From: Ancylonema sp.
Lineage: Eukaryota
Assembly: GCA_050230475.1 (NCBI GenBank)
Contig: JBFLGF010000091.1
Span: 1-64,000 of the forward strand
Length of the DNA stretch: 64,000 nt
Direction: 5' to 3'
The notes under the pieces are model-generated. The model ran no database searches. It was not told where the DNA came from and saw only the letters and a list, made by a program, of their open reading frames with translations. A program made the translations under genes and the position numbers. The stretch's first letter is position 1; every line of letters starts with the position of its first letter. This document shows positions 48,553 through 62,144 of this stretch, piece by piece.

Positions 48553-48920
48553 ACGCTTTGTACATACTCTTTTTTTAGTCTGGTTCCTGGACACTTACTT
48601 CATATCGTGTGTCTTATAATATTATAATATTGTTGTGTCTTGCATTTCTATTGGGGGTCGTTGGGGAACATGTGTGAAATGAGGTCTAAGAAGTACAAGG
48701 TTCCCCCTTTTACCCCCAATACACGGATCCCATTCAGGATGGTCCTCGAGCACATCCAATTGTACTATCTTCCACTCACGCAGGAAAAAGAAACATACGA
48801 GTTCGTACGTTTGTGGTCATTTTACTTGTCTGCACTACCCTTAGGGACCGTATTCCATTGCAATAATAACATCATTTATTATTATTATTGTCATGTTTTC
48901 TAGTTCTTGTCCCCCTTTTA

Positions 48921-49111
48921 TTTCTCTGTGATGATTATCATATTGATGACGAGACTGAGCGTTTGCCCGTTTCCGTCCAGCTGTCCTCCTATGGATGGAG
49001 AGTTTTTCTCCAACCAATCAGGAGACGGCTTTTTGGGACGGGCAGCCGGAAAAACAAATCTTTTGGATTTCGGTGCTGTGACGTCGAAACGAGGCATTTG
49101 TCTGAGAGGAA
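48921..49111 (+). ncRNA. U15: Second U15-like box C/D snoRNA copy, ~370 bp downstream of the TSR1 stop
   Basis: Same boxes and guides as copy 1 (C 48928-48934, D' 48955-48958, D 49102-49105); long external stem CTTGTCCCCCTTTT / AAAAGGGGGGACAAG. Confidence 0.88.
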
Positions 49112-50837
49112 AAGGGGGGACAAGAATATATATAGATACACAGAAATACAAACCGGGTAGAGGGTGCAGTTGGTTTGAAGTTAAAGGTAGGGTTGTGAGC
49201 AGAGGCCTCATTGAGAAGAGGATATGGTGACGTTTGGAATGTTACATTTCGGAGTCAAGTTTTTGTGCCTTTGGGTAGGGAAGGGGGGGAAGTGTTTAGG
49301 ATATCTGGTGAAGCTCATGTCAGATGCACAGTTGAGGGTTTAGATTGCCAGTTCAGAGTTTGAGGAGTTGTGATTAACGGTGGAAGAAGGCGATTGTGCA
49401 TGACAACCTTGCAGACAATGATCACCTGATCACTGATCACTGGCTGTGAATGATATTCGTTCTCATGATAATTTGTGAATTATGCATTAAAGATCCGAAT
49501 ATGTTTGGGTACGTGCCCGGAAATGGACCATGAGGGACCAAGGGGATGAGTGGTTTGGAATCATAGTTGGGCGTGCACAACTAAAATCGCGCACATGTTT
49601 TGAACCTTTGGGCGATGTGCACATGATTGGAACGTGAGCGCTCAACCCCTTGCACCAAACTAGGAAAGATCACTTTAAAAATCGCATGAAATGCCGCTTA
49701 CTAGTGTGAGTTACGGCTTCAACTTAATTTTTAAAATAAATGTTTTTTTTTTTTAATGCTATGGGGTGCGGGATGCAGACATGTTCCAAACAAATGCGCC
49801 AAACCCGCGGAATGTATGTGCCTACGTATGTATGGACCTGATGTATGTTTGAAGATACACCCTACACACTTAAATGGAGTGGTGGCCGAAGTCGAATCAT
49901 TGTACTCGAATGAGCGACAATCGAATGAAAGACATCAACCATTCTAGGTGGCGCGAATCGGATATGCATGTTAATGAAAGCATAGTAGATCCCCGAGCCG
50001 AAAAATATGCGCGCCAGCTTGAAGCTGGAGTGCGCGCGTGCCGGCTCGGTGCCCGCGCGCGCCAGCTCGGAGCCGAGCTCGCGAAAACCGCGAGCGGAGT
50101 GGGACCCACAGGAAAATATAAAAAACGAATGGCAGCCCCGTCCCCCGATAAGTGGTGGACTATTATGCTTGGGTAGTACTGGTTTATAACACGTTGTAAT
50201 CCGTCATTATCCCGTCACCCGTTCACAAAGTCCCCTTGTCGTTTGGAAGTAACAATTATGTCGTTTAGCACGTCTGCCGGTCATCGTATTTTTCCGTACC
50301 ATCGTTGTCCTCCTGGTCCATTGTAATATGTGACACTCATAGATTTTGGTTGTCGTTTGTGCCACAAAATCTATCAGTTTCTTAAAAAATCACGGATCTG
50401 ATGGCTGACCATTGCTTAGTGCCGCGTCCCTCCCCCATGTGTCGTCGGATTCCCGAGATGTCAGAAGATCTATAAGATTCGCTATATAATCTTTCACTTG
50501 CCAAAGGAATACCGGATTCGACGAGCACAATCTCTCCAGTGACCACCAGAATATGGTTACTATGGTCGGGACATATCGGTAACTAGTAACTACCTGCTTG
50601 GCAGAGGACGATTTGTACTCATTCGCATTTCGGTGTTTATTTTTTTGCCAGGCGGGTCGCGGACGCGCGCCGAATCGGAGCTGGGCTCGCAAATTCCGCG
50701 AGCGGAGCGGGACTCACTATGAATGAAAGCCCTCAACAAGCATGATCATGTTACATACATATTCTTCCCACCACCAAGCTAGCAGATAAGACGAGTTGTG
50801 TAGTGTGATAAGGAGTCTTAAGGTAGAAGCTACCAAT

Positions 50838-51057
50838 CATAGTTGCGTCCCGGACCGTCCGGGGATCTCCGGACGCGTCCGGAACGCGTACGGGCCCGGA
50901 CGCGTCCCGGACGCGTCCCGGACCCGGACGCCAGAGCCAAAATCTGATATTCATATGTTTGGAACCTTTTTTTTTACAATTAGTTGCGTTCCGGACGGTC
51001 CGGGGCCGGACGTGTCCCGGGCGCGTCCGGCATCCTCGCGTCCGGGACGCAACTATG
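50838..51057. mobile_element. hAT-type MITE (220 bp)
   Basis: 18-bp perfect TIR CATAGTTGCGTCCCGGAC / GTCCGGGACGCAACTATG; 8-bp TSD CTACCAAT / CTTCCAAT (1 mismatch); CCGGAC subterminal repeats. Confidence 0.88.
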
Positions 51058-51495
51058 CTTCCAATTGATTTATACAATGAAGTCTATCTAAATTAATAAT
51101 GTCGAAACCGGAAATAAAAAACATCAATTACTTAAATGATGGAAGTAGAGACGGACTCAACACTTGGTCGCACAAAACAAGGCGGTCAAACGGCGGTCAA
51201 GGCAGTTAGAAATGGATAACACAAAAATTATGCACGACTCACGGAGTGGAACCCCCTTTTTTTTTGGTGGCATCTTCGCAAAAAGGGAGGTGAAAAAACA
51301 CCACGAAGTCTGAAAATTGTTCATAAACGACTATCTCAAAGCCACTTAAAAACACATGAAATCGTATTCAATTCTCTGTAGAAAATCAATTTCGTCTAAC
51401 TAACAAGTCTCATCAAAAGTTGTTGAAATCATACACCCGCTCACTTCAAGTTACCGGCTTTTATAAGTTGTCGAAGCATGCTAGCTTGAACATGG

Positions 51496-53664
51496 TCATG
51501 GAGCTTTTCCTATCTCTTCCTCCCATGCAGCTCCATTCTTTGCGATGACCGCTAGGCATGCATCTCTTACAGGTGTTGCCTCAAAAGCATCCGCATCCAA
51601 GAAAACAGCAATGACGTTTGTGAGCGTGATGTGATCTTTGAGCAATCCCTCCACAGTCTCCACGAGTCCGGGAGCAAGGTACTTGTCACCCATAGCCCAC
51701 AGTTGAGCGACATCGAGAACCGGGCCCTTGGATGGCAACTCCAGGGTGTACACGTACTTCAAAAATTGTTCCACTCCAACGCGTGTGAATTCTTTCATGT
51801 CAATGCACTTCGTTTGCGTTTCCTTCATTTCGATTGTTTGCATCGCCTTGAACACAGGGGAGGCGGCCATCTGCGTCAAAGTGGGCACGTGGTTTTCTCA
51901 TTTCTTTCACAAGACAAGTTACAGACGAGCACAGATTTGCCATGCAAGTCCACATCAATTGAGCATCATCAAATAACTCACAAGCTAATGTTATATCTTT
52001 ATGGACATTTCGTCGTGATTTGTTCTGCAGAGCAATGCTCTCAAATCACACGCGCCTTTCCCTATATTACGCCATGCATTATAAAATGTGAACATATACT
52101 TTTGCGTAAGAAATCTTTGCTACCATGAACAAAAACTCAGCTCATAGTGAGCAGGTTTAAGATAATGCCACTTTCTTGCATTTCCTTTTCCAAATGCAAG
52201 TATGAGGATCACATGAAAGTAACTTCTTGGAAAAAAAAAAAAAACAAAAAAAAAAACATTAAATTAAATTATTAGATCATCACATTTGAACTTCAAGGAA
52301 TAACCACTAGGAATATACGCTACACACTACGTCATCCTCAACTAGTTTTGCGTCCGCACATTAACAACTCACCAACACCAACGCGTGAGCTACTAAGCTA
52401 TCTGTGCTTGTTGTGATCGTCACGTCGGCACTCAGCTTTTCCTCCCGGAACTCCCACATTTTTTCCCCAATGACAACCTTGGGTGCCTAAACAATCCAAA
52501 AAACGCATGCATAAAAAACGCCTTTGAGTGAATGGTGATGTCATGTCAAAAAGAGGTCACATGTTCGGACATTATTTTTACCACACAAGTACACAATGTT
52601 GCAACACAAAAGGAGAAACAAGAGGGCGATCCGCATCAACAACAAGTCCTTGTTGTGCAAGCCTACTTGAACCCTGAAGTGGTGTGAAAATCATTGGAAA
52701 GTTAGGAAGGTTGAGAAGAAGCGTTGAAACATGCAACTCGTTCTGATTTGATCAGATGGAACGCCTATGATCAGAGGGGTGGTCCTGTCACTCCAAAGCA
52801 TGAGATCTGACCTCCATGTGCACTTTCAGCTTCATGGTGTCCCCTACTAGGTACCCGTTGGAAGGGTCATGGAGGGACTCGAGGGAGAGAAAGTTGGGCC
52901 AACCAAAACCTTTTTTTGATGGAAGAATGTGGCAAACCTCTGCAAAGCGAAAGGGAACCGAAAAGTGACCATCACAATGCTCTACAACACTTCATTATAG
53001 AAGACTCGCACCACATCGTGTGATAAATGACTACGCGATTGCAATCATTGGCAGGATGTGTATAGGTTCCGTGAAGTCTTTTCCTAAGCTCGCAAAAATT
53101 CAAGGTAAACCGCTATCACGTAATACTGCTCCAAACATTACCATGAACGAGGGACTTTCGTTTCGCTACTTGAGCCTCCAGCGTGATAGAACAAAAGATT
53201 TCGTCTGTATCATTTTCCATCTCGTTTTGGAGATAGATGCTGATGGTGCCATCGGATTCAGTGTTACCCTTTGGATAAATGACTACTGAACTGCCACAAG
53301 AAATGCAGAGGAGGTTGTATGAGCTCGTGTCACGCAAGGTAGGTGAGTGTGTTGGCTACGGTAGGGTCTCAAACGTTCAGTTGGCAGTTTCAACACAGTA
53401 TAGACCCGCACACGCCTTCCTACCCCCAAATAAGAGTCATCCATAGTACCAATTCTCAGGTACTCTGGATTATTCTAGATACTTGGGTCACCTCATGATC
53501 ATTGATGGCCGGATAATCACGACAAAGAGAAAATAGGTCAAGACAAGAGGGTCGGGAGATGAACAATACCACAACATTCCATAGTATGAAAATTCGTCAG
53601 ATTTCAGCCTCAGATCCGTGATCTCTGAAAATCGCGGAATGGTCCAGACAAGCGCCTCCTTCAT
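51496..53664 (-). CDS. MATH-BTB/POZ domain protein (BPM/SPOP-like CUL3 adaptor), 5 exons
   Basis: Exons 53664-53570, 53290-53142, 52939-52812, 52486-52373, 51870-51496. MATH motifs WTIPRFS, IYPKGN, ISIYL, GFGWPNF, GYLVGD; BTB motifs ADVTI, AHALVLMAASPVFKAM, FLKYVYT, GDKY. Confidence 0.88.
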
Positions 53665-55032
53665 TTCGATATTTCTTGCTTGCTCGTGAGACTACGCCTT
53701 ACAGCCGTACAGCCGTACAGCCGTACACCTGTGGCACTCCACAGGTTGGACCCCCACTTGCTACTTCCGTTTGCTGACCTACTCAATCATATGGGTGAGA
53801 AACAGACATCAACAGATTCAAATGTGTCGCCACTGTCCAAGCGATATGCCGTTCGACTGACTTGTGATGAAGATGCATATGAGAACCTCTGGATTTTTTC
53901 GCCGACTGATTCTCCTATCCAGATCCATCGTTGTCCAACGACGGGTCTAAGAGAACACCGGAAAGCGAAAGGAAGGCGGGGAAGGTACGCACTAGATATC
54001 AGGCAAAGTAATCTTGAAAAAGAGAAACGAAAGCTAGAATTTCCAGCCCAAAAAAAATCCCACGTTGTAGAGTTTGATTGCAGCGACGTTTGGTTACAGC
54101 GCGTTTACATATCTCTGGATGGACACATGCGTGTCTGTTCAACACGTACCTGGATATAAAAACGTTGCCTGCAGGGACACGTGCGTGTCCCTGCAAGCAC
54201 CATTGTCTGTTCCTACCTCGATTCGAAGTACATATGACCTACCGCCGAGAGGGCATACATACCTCGAATCCGAGGTAGGAGAAGGCCGATAGGTCTGTGC
54301 ATAGATGGGCGCGCATCGCGCGCAAGATTTGTGGCAAGCGCGCGCGCAGTAGTGAGTACGGTTTCATTTTTAGGGCCTAAAATGGCCGGCGATGATTAAT
54401 AATTCATTATTAATCATTATTAAGGGTAAACCTTAACAATGTTAATAATTCATGAGTTACATCTTTGTTTGATTAAAAATTAATGCTGATCACAATAGTC
54501 GAGTTGAAAATTAGAAATAATGAATATTTAGCATGCTTTTTTATCATAATATTAATCGACATACTAACGAACGGATTACTGACATAAAACATCCCACAAG
54601 AGTTATTTGTTGTATTTTTGGCATGGGTACAAGACATCAAGGTAGTTCACATGGACATGGAATGAGTGTTCAATTGTTGTAGACTAGTAATTGAATATAA
54701 CAAAAGCCCATACTTCATCGCCTTTGTAAATGTGATAGTGTCGTATCGAATAGGATTGTTACTAGCAAGCACAACTACACCATCTCAAACGACAACTTAC
54801 ACCCAAAAATTCCCAGTTTTGGTGTGCAAAACTTGTCTTATCAATCTCATTACCCCTTTGTGCCGCAGCACAACTTCTTCATACTTCACGAGTCTCCTCC
54901 ATCAATCATCTCATCATACACCACCAAATGTTTTAACTATTATCCAAAGCAACGAAATGCAGTGGTTGCCAATATGCGCAACGAAACTGACGCACACTAA
55001 GGCTCAATGGTATTCCAGCTAACAGCAAGTAA

Positions 55033-55996
55033 TGTTAGGAGTGGAATAAAATGGAACTCCTAGCAATCTATGTTGCAAGTGCACACACAAGGAAATGGAA
55101 AAATTAGCCGATAGGATGGAGGCTAATGAGCCGATGATCAAATGGTGTGGTTGTTGTGGTAGGCACAAAAAGGTGCAAGTACATGAGTTAATAGGAATGC
55201 TCTAAAGGCATTCCTATAGACTATATATAGTGAAAGTCGACTCTCACAACTATAATCAAGATGTGGGATAACTAGAACTCGTTATAAGAACAAAGTGGAA
55301 AGCTAAGGGTCAGGACTCGATATAAGGACAAAGTCGCTAGGCACACATATCACTATAAAGGGACAAAACTCGCTATAGGGAAAATTGCGCTAGTAGCGCT
55401 CTCTAGTGCTAAGTGTGGGAGCCTCGCTAGGGAGCCCTAGTGACTATAGCGAGGGTCAGAACAATACCCCCCCCTCAAGGCGCGGACCGCGATGAGGGAG
55501 GCGCCGGCCGATCTGGAAACGCGGCATGACAGTAGGCGACCACGTCGGGAGCATGTGTCATGTTTTTTGCAGGCTCCCAAGAACGTTCTGATTCGTCGTA
55601 GCCGACCCAATCCACAAGGTAGAACAGCTTGCCACGTAGTATTTTGGAATCGAGGACCTCTGCCACCTCTCTCTCTGGTGCGCCGTCCACACTGACTAGA
55701 GGAGGAGGCGCCACGACACGACCGGGGAACGTGTTGGGATTGTGTGGGTCCAGGAGGCTAACGTGGAAGACTGGGTGGAATTTGATGGAGGACGGCGGCT
55801 CCAAGCGATAAGCCGAGGTCCCGATCTGGCCAATCACAGGGAAGGGCCCCATACGACGGACATCTAATTTCGACGAAGGACGAGTGGAGCCGACGTGGCG
55901 GCGTAACAGCCAAACCTTTTGGCCTGGGATGAGAATCGGGGCGGACATGTGCTTCCGATTGGCTGACGTCTCCATAGCGCGCAGACGGTTCCAGTC
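55033..55996 (-). mobile_element. Chromovirus (Ty3/Gypsy) 3' fragment: integrase C-terminus, chromodomain, PPT, 3' LTR
   Basis: KLDVRRMGPF...AYRL...HPVFHVSLL; chromodomain EVAEVLDSK...YLVDWVGYDESERSWEP; polypurine tract after the stop at 55475; LTR 55463 (TGTTC) to 55033 (CTAACA). Confidence 0.92.
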
Positions 55997-56488
55997 CGTA
56001 ACTTGCAAACCAACGAGGGTCAAACCTTGCTAACTTGTCTGACCACTCCACGGAGGGTTTTTACAGCAGTGAGGCCGGTTTTACAACCCGCCTTTTCAGA
56101 CGCTTCTATCCGGTATAAATCTTACCCTGTGTACCACCTTCGGGTTGCACTCTCCCCAATCTCTTAACATTAGAGAGGCTGTTAACTTTACCCAGTCTTT
56201 GTAATTTGGAAGTGCTCTTGCAAAAGACATTTCTAGACTGCATTGACTACTTCCTGTCAGATACTTTTTCATCTGGTTACCAGTGGTTCGCTTACATTGA
56301 GCTCCGTCTCTATCCCCTGTGAGGACCTAGTGCCCACCTGATCTTCCTATAAAGGTTACACCTGAGATTTCATCTCTTTCCCCCTCCGAGATAGCCCCAG
56401 GGCTCAAAGATTTACCACGCCTATCTGGGGGTACCACGTGGTGCCAGAACCCTTACTTACTGCGTATCGAACGCGTGGGCTTGTTACA
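55997..56488. mobile_element. Possible LTR of another family truncating the chromovirus
   Basis: Ends CGTAAC...TGTTACA resemble LTR inverted termini; integrase similarity stops at this junction; no TSD seen. Confidence 0.35.
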
Positions 56489-57460
56489 CCACCCCTTGTT
56501 CACAGGTGCTTTACACGCTTCTACACAGGATTTTTGCTTGCAAAATCAACTCATCTAATTCACATTTGAGCTGAAACAATTGCACTTTGAGTTTTGAATA
56601 AGCATTTTTGCGGTTCAACTGAAATTGTTAATTCAAGAACTTTACCCGGAGCGCAAACTCATCGAGTGGAGGAGTACAACTTCTGCCATCAAGCTCAATG
56701 GATCATAGAAAAAAAAATCGAGTCTACAAGGCAGTGAATCTGTTTCAATACACTTCTGAGGCTGTATTCTTTTACTGGTTCGAGGGATTTACAGCGCTAC
56801 GCGTTACCCCCTCTCGCAGAACGCAGTCTTCAGAAATAAATAAGAAACTTCGGCAGGCTGCCATTTTGCGTGTATTTAGTGGAAAAATACGTCCTTTTAC
56901 GACAAGGTTGCAGTAATTCTGCCAGAATAAAAAAAACAATTAAATCCAAGCATTATCGGGGAAGATATTTAAGATCCAATCCTGCAGCTACTGAACCATC
57001 AACTTTTTATGGGGTGACAACCGGCGGTTTCATCCAGTCAAAACAGTCTCTAGAACAGCAGTTTTCTTTGTTTCAGCCCAAAATAGGTCAAATTGTGTAT
57101 ACCTAAGTTTAATACAATATTAAAAAAAAACAGTGGATTCCCAGTTATCTGGAGGAATTTGTAGTGGAAACTCTAGAGCAGACCAGACGATTTTTGGCCA
57201 GAAAGTGTTTTTTTGGCAAAAATACCGATGTTCGAGAGAAAATTTTTACCGACAATTTTTTCCTGTCAACCTCACCCTTGATAAGGAATTACCAAGCCCC
57301 TAACTTTTCCGACGAAGGTTTCGTTGCGAATCGGCACAACGTTGAGTGCAAGCTAAATTCGGAGGATTTCTGCTAGTCTCGGATTTACGCGTTTACCCCC
57401 CTTTACCCGGTTTTTCGACTCGGACTGACTTCGAGCTCGCACAAAACCTAACACACAATC

Positions 57461-60400
57461 ATGGATCTTGATTTCACATGGGAATCGAGAGCCAAGGAGA
57501 AAGAAAATTTTATGAACAACATCCTTCGTGATATGGAGCTCGTCAGCAACTTCGCTTTTGTTACCAACAAGTACAAGCTCTTTCGTTTACCCGCACTTCA
57601 AGACAGGTTCAACGAAGCATCTGAATCCCTGCAATTACCCGGTCATCTGGAGGATGTCATCAACTCCAACTTGGAAGAGATGAAAGCTGCTCGAGTCCAA
57701 GAGTGGGAGACCACGCCTTCAATTCACGCCGTCATGCGTATTATCATAGAGGAGAAAATATGGTTGACATCTGAATCCGACACACATTCGTCTCCCAAGG
57801 CATCCATGTGTGTGATTCCAGTGGGGAGACCCGACCAAAAACACAAGGAAACTGCTCCGATGAGCATTTCATATGGTGTAAATATGGTTCCCCCATCGCC
57901 ATTTCCCTCACGGCCATCTCGTTTACCCCTCCAACCCAACACGGAGACCAAGGCGGCGTCTCAATCTTGTTCCGTGGTGATTCCTAGTCATCATCAACGG
58001 AGTCAGCCACTTACAAGGAACATGTAGTTCCAGTTCTTCCATCTCCACCGGAGAAATCATGTCTCAAAACCCCAACGGTGTATTCCGTTCTCCCCAAGGT
58101 GGAAGCTCCACCAGTGGTGCCTAGCAATGCTTGTGCTACGGCAAATTGGACAATCATTACAATCCCAAACGCCGCCGAGAATCTGCGCATCGGCGACGTT
58201 CCAGCGCAAAACACCATTGTTGATTGGGGAGCCGGAAATTTTATCATCGGAAAAAGTCTCACCGAAGCGCTTGGTATTACCCCACAAGACGTCGATCCAG
58301 GCATCACATATGCGGCGGCGTGTGGCGAACTTCACACCACGCTCGGAACGACCAGAAAGTAGTACCCGATCAGCATTGGCAAGGGTGCTCATCAAGCTGT
58401 GGTGCTTACACATCTCCATTTGTCACCGTCTGACGCCTTTTCGGTACTACTTGGCAACGCCTTTCTCGTACCAATTGGAGCCGTCATCGACACATGGACG
58501 CAACGACTACATTACCATGTGGACTGGGAGAAAAGTGGCAAAGTTACGGCATCAATCGCCATTGACCATATACTACCCCATCCTGCACCCGATCCTCGGG
58601 CGTCCCAGTGCATGGTAGATCCATCGCGGACTACGCTTCTGTCAAAAGCAACTCCATCCCTTACACTTTACAACCCGTCGACACCAAGGTCAACTACACC
58701 GTCGGCACAAAAGTCAGCCCTCCGATGTGAGAAAGGAGCGGTTCCCAAGTGCTACACATGCAAACAACTTGGCTATTACCAAAAAGATTGTCCACGACTC
58801 ACACAATCCGGGACATCTATTTCAAAAGGGCCATCTGTGGCAAGTGTGTACCATCCTCCACACCATGCGAAGCGACGACTACCGGATCAAGGATCTCTCC
58901 TTAACCAACAGGTTGCATTTACAACTTACCCGATTCTCCAATCCCCGGCTTCAACGTTGAGGGGATCAACAATCACGCCCACTCGGTTGTTAGTGGACGA
59001 TCCAACCTTGCTTACACTTCCAGTGAAGAAGGCCCAAGCATTACAAGAGGCGTTCAACCGACGAGACCTTGAGCTTATCCGTCCGAACCCCGAACCGTTA
59101 CAACCGGCGAACCATCTCGTTCTTAAGTTGAAGAAATCGCAACCTCACCTTTCGGCGACGCGAGAATTGGTGGTACGTGACCATTCCTCGGTTCTACCCG
59201 CGCTCCCAAAACGAGGCTATGAGGCATCTCAGTTTACACCCGTCAAACTCAATTTTGATCCGAGAGCCACCAACACCATGAAGAGTGGTCCCTATCGCAA
59301 ACAATTGAGTATCGAGGACGCGGATTTACAAGTTGGGAAAAATTTCATTCCAATCAAATTGTCGTCTTACTGTGCGGACTGGACACATCGCGGACATTGG
59401 TCGCAAGCGTCCCGGTCAAAGTGAGTGGCGAACCGCAGACTATCGCATCCATAAACATGGCCAACTTCAAATCCGGCTCACACGCCAAACTTACACCCCT
59501 ACAAATTCAAGAGAGTTCGTACTCGCCTTCGGTGCCCATTATAAACTCTGGGGGGGGCATGCGATTCTCTACTCTAACTTACAAGCCTTCGTTTTGGAAC
59601 AACGGCTCCATCAACGATGCGTACACATCTTGGATGGCACGGTCCATTGGTGGAAACTCAACCCATGTAGCGGTTGCCAAGCCCATCGAACCACCACGAA
59701 CGATTTACAAATCCTTACTCGGCGGAGCACAAACCCCGAATTTGCCAACAAATTCAGCTCGTACATCACTAAACGAGGTTTCCTATCCACACGCGTACTC
59801 GCCGTCGAGCACTCTGGCAATCGCTTTTACAATCATGTGCAACTTTGTGCGTTGGAACCAAGTCCGCGGGCGACTTCCATTCAAGGAGAGTTTGGACCTC
59901 CCATCACTGCGAGGAACTCTTCCCGTCATCCAAACTACGCGTTTTACCTTACTTGAGGAGCATTTTGACACAGAAGCCTCTCGTGTCTACAAAAATCCTC
60001 GCAACTCCGTTGTGGCCAAAGACACCGTTGGTGGGATTCGATCATTCCAATCCTACCACATTCGGCAATTTTGTTTTGGACACAACCAGCCTTCGATTTA
60101 TTCAAAGAGGTGTGTACCTTATCTCGGGCGGCAACTTCCCTACACCAACGTGGATAACAATCAACCCCACGGTGTACAACACCCTCGTCAACCTCGACAG
60201 GTCATGCCCCCGATCGATGCTTACAAAGACTTTCGAGTCATCATGCTGAAGCGGCTCCAGTCCCTTCTTTACAAACATGGACCCTTATTGTTCCAATCCG
60301 CCAATCAAAAAGTGGCTCATCTCTTCCCAAGAAGAGGAAGATCGCAATCTCGGAATCATCATAAAGGACATGGTGAAACACCTTGCGGTAGCTTCCCACG

Positions 60401-62144
60401 ACTTTCGGGAGTATCACTCGCCGGATAAAATTTTGCACTCTTGCATTGCACTCAGCTTTGGTGGATTGCCTATGAACATCTTTTGCGCGTTGCCGCATCT
60501 GGGGGGGAGCATCATTCACCCTTCCTACACCCATCTTTTACCCTCCCGATCTTTGGAGTCCAAGCCCACAACTTTGTCACACGTGCGTGTCGGCATCAAA
60601 TCAAGGAACAACCCCGATCCCGCATCCACGTGTTCATATGCGACTGCGTTTTTGCCATCAACATCTGCCTCATCAACCCAGACGTGGACAAAGCATTACC
60701 AATTTGGGGGGGAGGTCATTTACATTTCCAATTCGTATCCGATTACATCGATGCTCGTTCATAACCATCGATTCATGGCGGGAGCATCCACCGCATCTTC
60801 ACCAAACATTCCAGTTCAACTGATTTTGGGGAAATTCAGCATGCTTCCACAACTCCAATTTTTACAAGTTATTTTCCTCTCGCCTACACGCCTTGGTGTG
60901 CGATTGCGAACCTCCTGCCTGCATCTGCCTCATCGACCCAGACGTGGACGCATGACTTACGAATCTGGGGGGGGGGAGTCACGGCAGATGAACATTACAT
61001 TTAAAACATCTACGATATTGACATTCATCACTTCATGTCGATCATTTCCATTATGACGTACATACATGAACTGATTACGTCATCGATGCCCCTTTACACT
61101 ATCGATCCCATCTGGCATGTCACCTGTCACGACGTCTGAGATCGTTAGCTATTTTACCCCTAATATCTACTAATTCTCTCCCTATGATAAATCACGTCCG
61201 CGCCGCGCCATATTAAGAGTTCCGCCTCGCTACAACTTCCGCCCCGCTCGTCGATTTCCCCGAGCTCCAAGTTGCTAGCCGGCGCCCCGCACCATATTTG
61301 ATTAGTCATAAATCCGACGTGGCACTTTGTAACTAGTCAGAATCAACTTGTGATGACTTGTAATAATTGTTAGCCGTCGATGAATATCCGACGATAGATA
61401 TTGTAGATAAGACATTTGCGCGCGGGACATATTTCTTGAGATTGAATTGTAGATCGACACGCGTCTAGCGTCGTCTATAGAAGTTTGAATATAACCTTTG
61501 TACTTCGAACTCTGAATTCAGCTTTCGCTGAATCACTTGCATCCTATCTTGCATTCCACTTCGTCTATGTTGTAAATTGTATCTTGTGTGTGTGGCTTTG
61601 CTTTGCTTGCAATCTGTTGCATCTGCATCTTGCCACTTGCTAGTATCATCGTTTGGCTGATCGAGCTATCGCTCTCAGTACTTTACCATCGGTGCCTGCT
61701 ACGCAGCTTCGTGACTCACACATTTACAACGACGCAAGTCGGTGTGCAGTGCAGACTCACAGTCTTTTTGCTGCTGATTACAAGCAGTACAGATTTACAC
61801 ACAAATAGTTGCTCGCTGATCGAGAGCTATCGCTGTTCTTACTGTACTATTGTATCGCATACTCTGCATTTAGAATCCCGTAGAGCTATCGCGTTGTCAG
61901 CTTGCCCGCAGTGAGAGAGTTGCCGAGGGCGACGTACCTGCCGTCGTTTAGGTGATTGTTTACAATCACTGCCGCGAATCAAGCGCGCCAAACTCCTTAG
62001 TCACGGCAGATGAACTTTACATTTAAAACATCTACGATATTGACATTCATCATTTCATGTCGATCATCTCCATTATGACGTACATACATCAATTGGTTAC
62101 GTCATCGATGCCCCTTTACACTATCGATCCCATCTGACACGTCA
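57461..62144 (+). mobile_element. Decayed non-autonomous Gypsy-related element: aspartic protease, CCHC knuckle, long unknown ORF, PPT, LTR-like end; no RT/RNaseH/IN recognised
   Basis: Protease TIVDWGA...(TAG 58360)...FSVLLGNAFLVPIGAVIDTW, homologous to the protease at 551-1507; CYTCKQLGYYQKDC; G-tract 60967-60978 followed by GTCACGG. Confidence 0.7.
60979..62144 (+). repeat. ~145-bp direct repeat pair (60979-61121 and 62000-62144) bracketing ~880 bp
   Basis: GTCACGGCAGATGAAC...ATCGATCCCATCTG occurs twice with few substitutions. Confidence 0.9.

Noticed and set aside
60979..62144. DIRS/PAT-type split direct repeats
   Set aside because: No copy of the spacer upstream of the ORFs, and no tyrosine recombinase or RT recognised.
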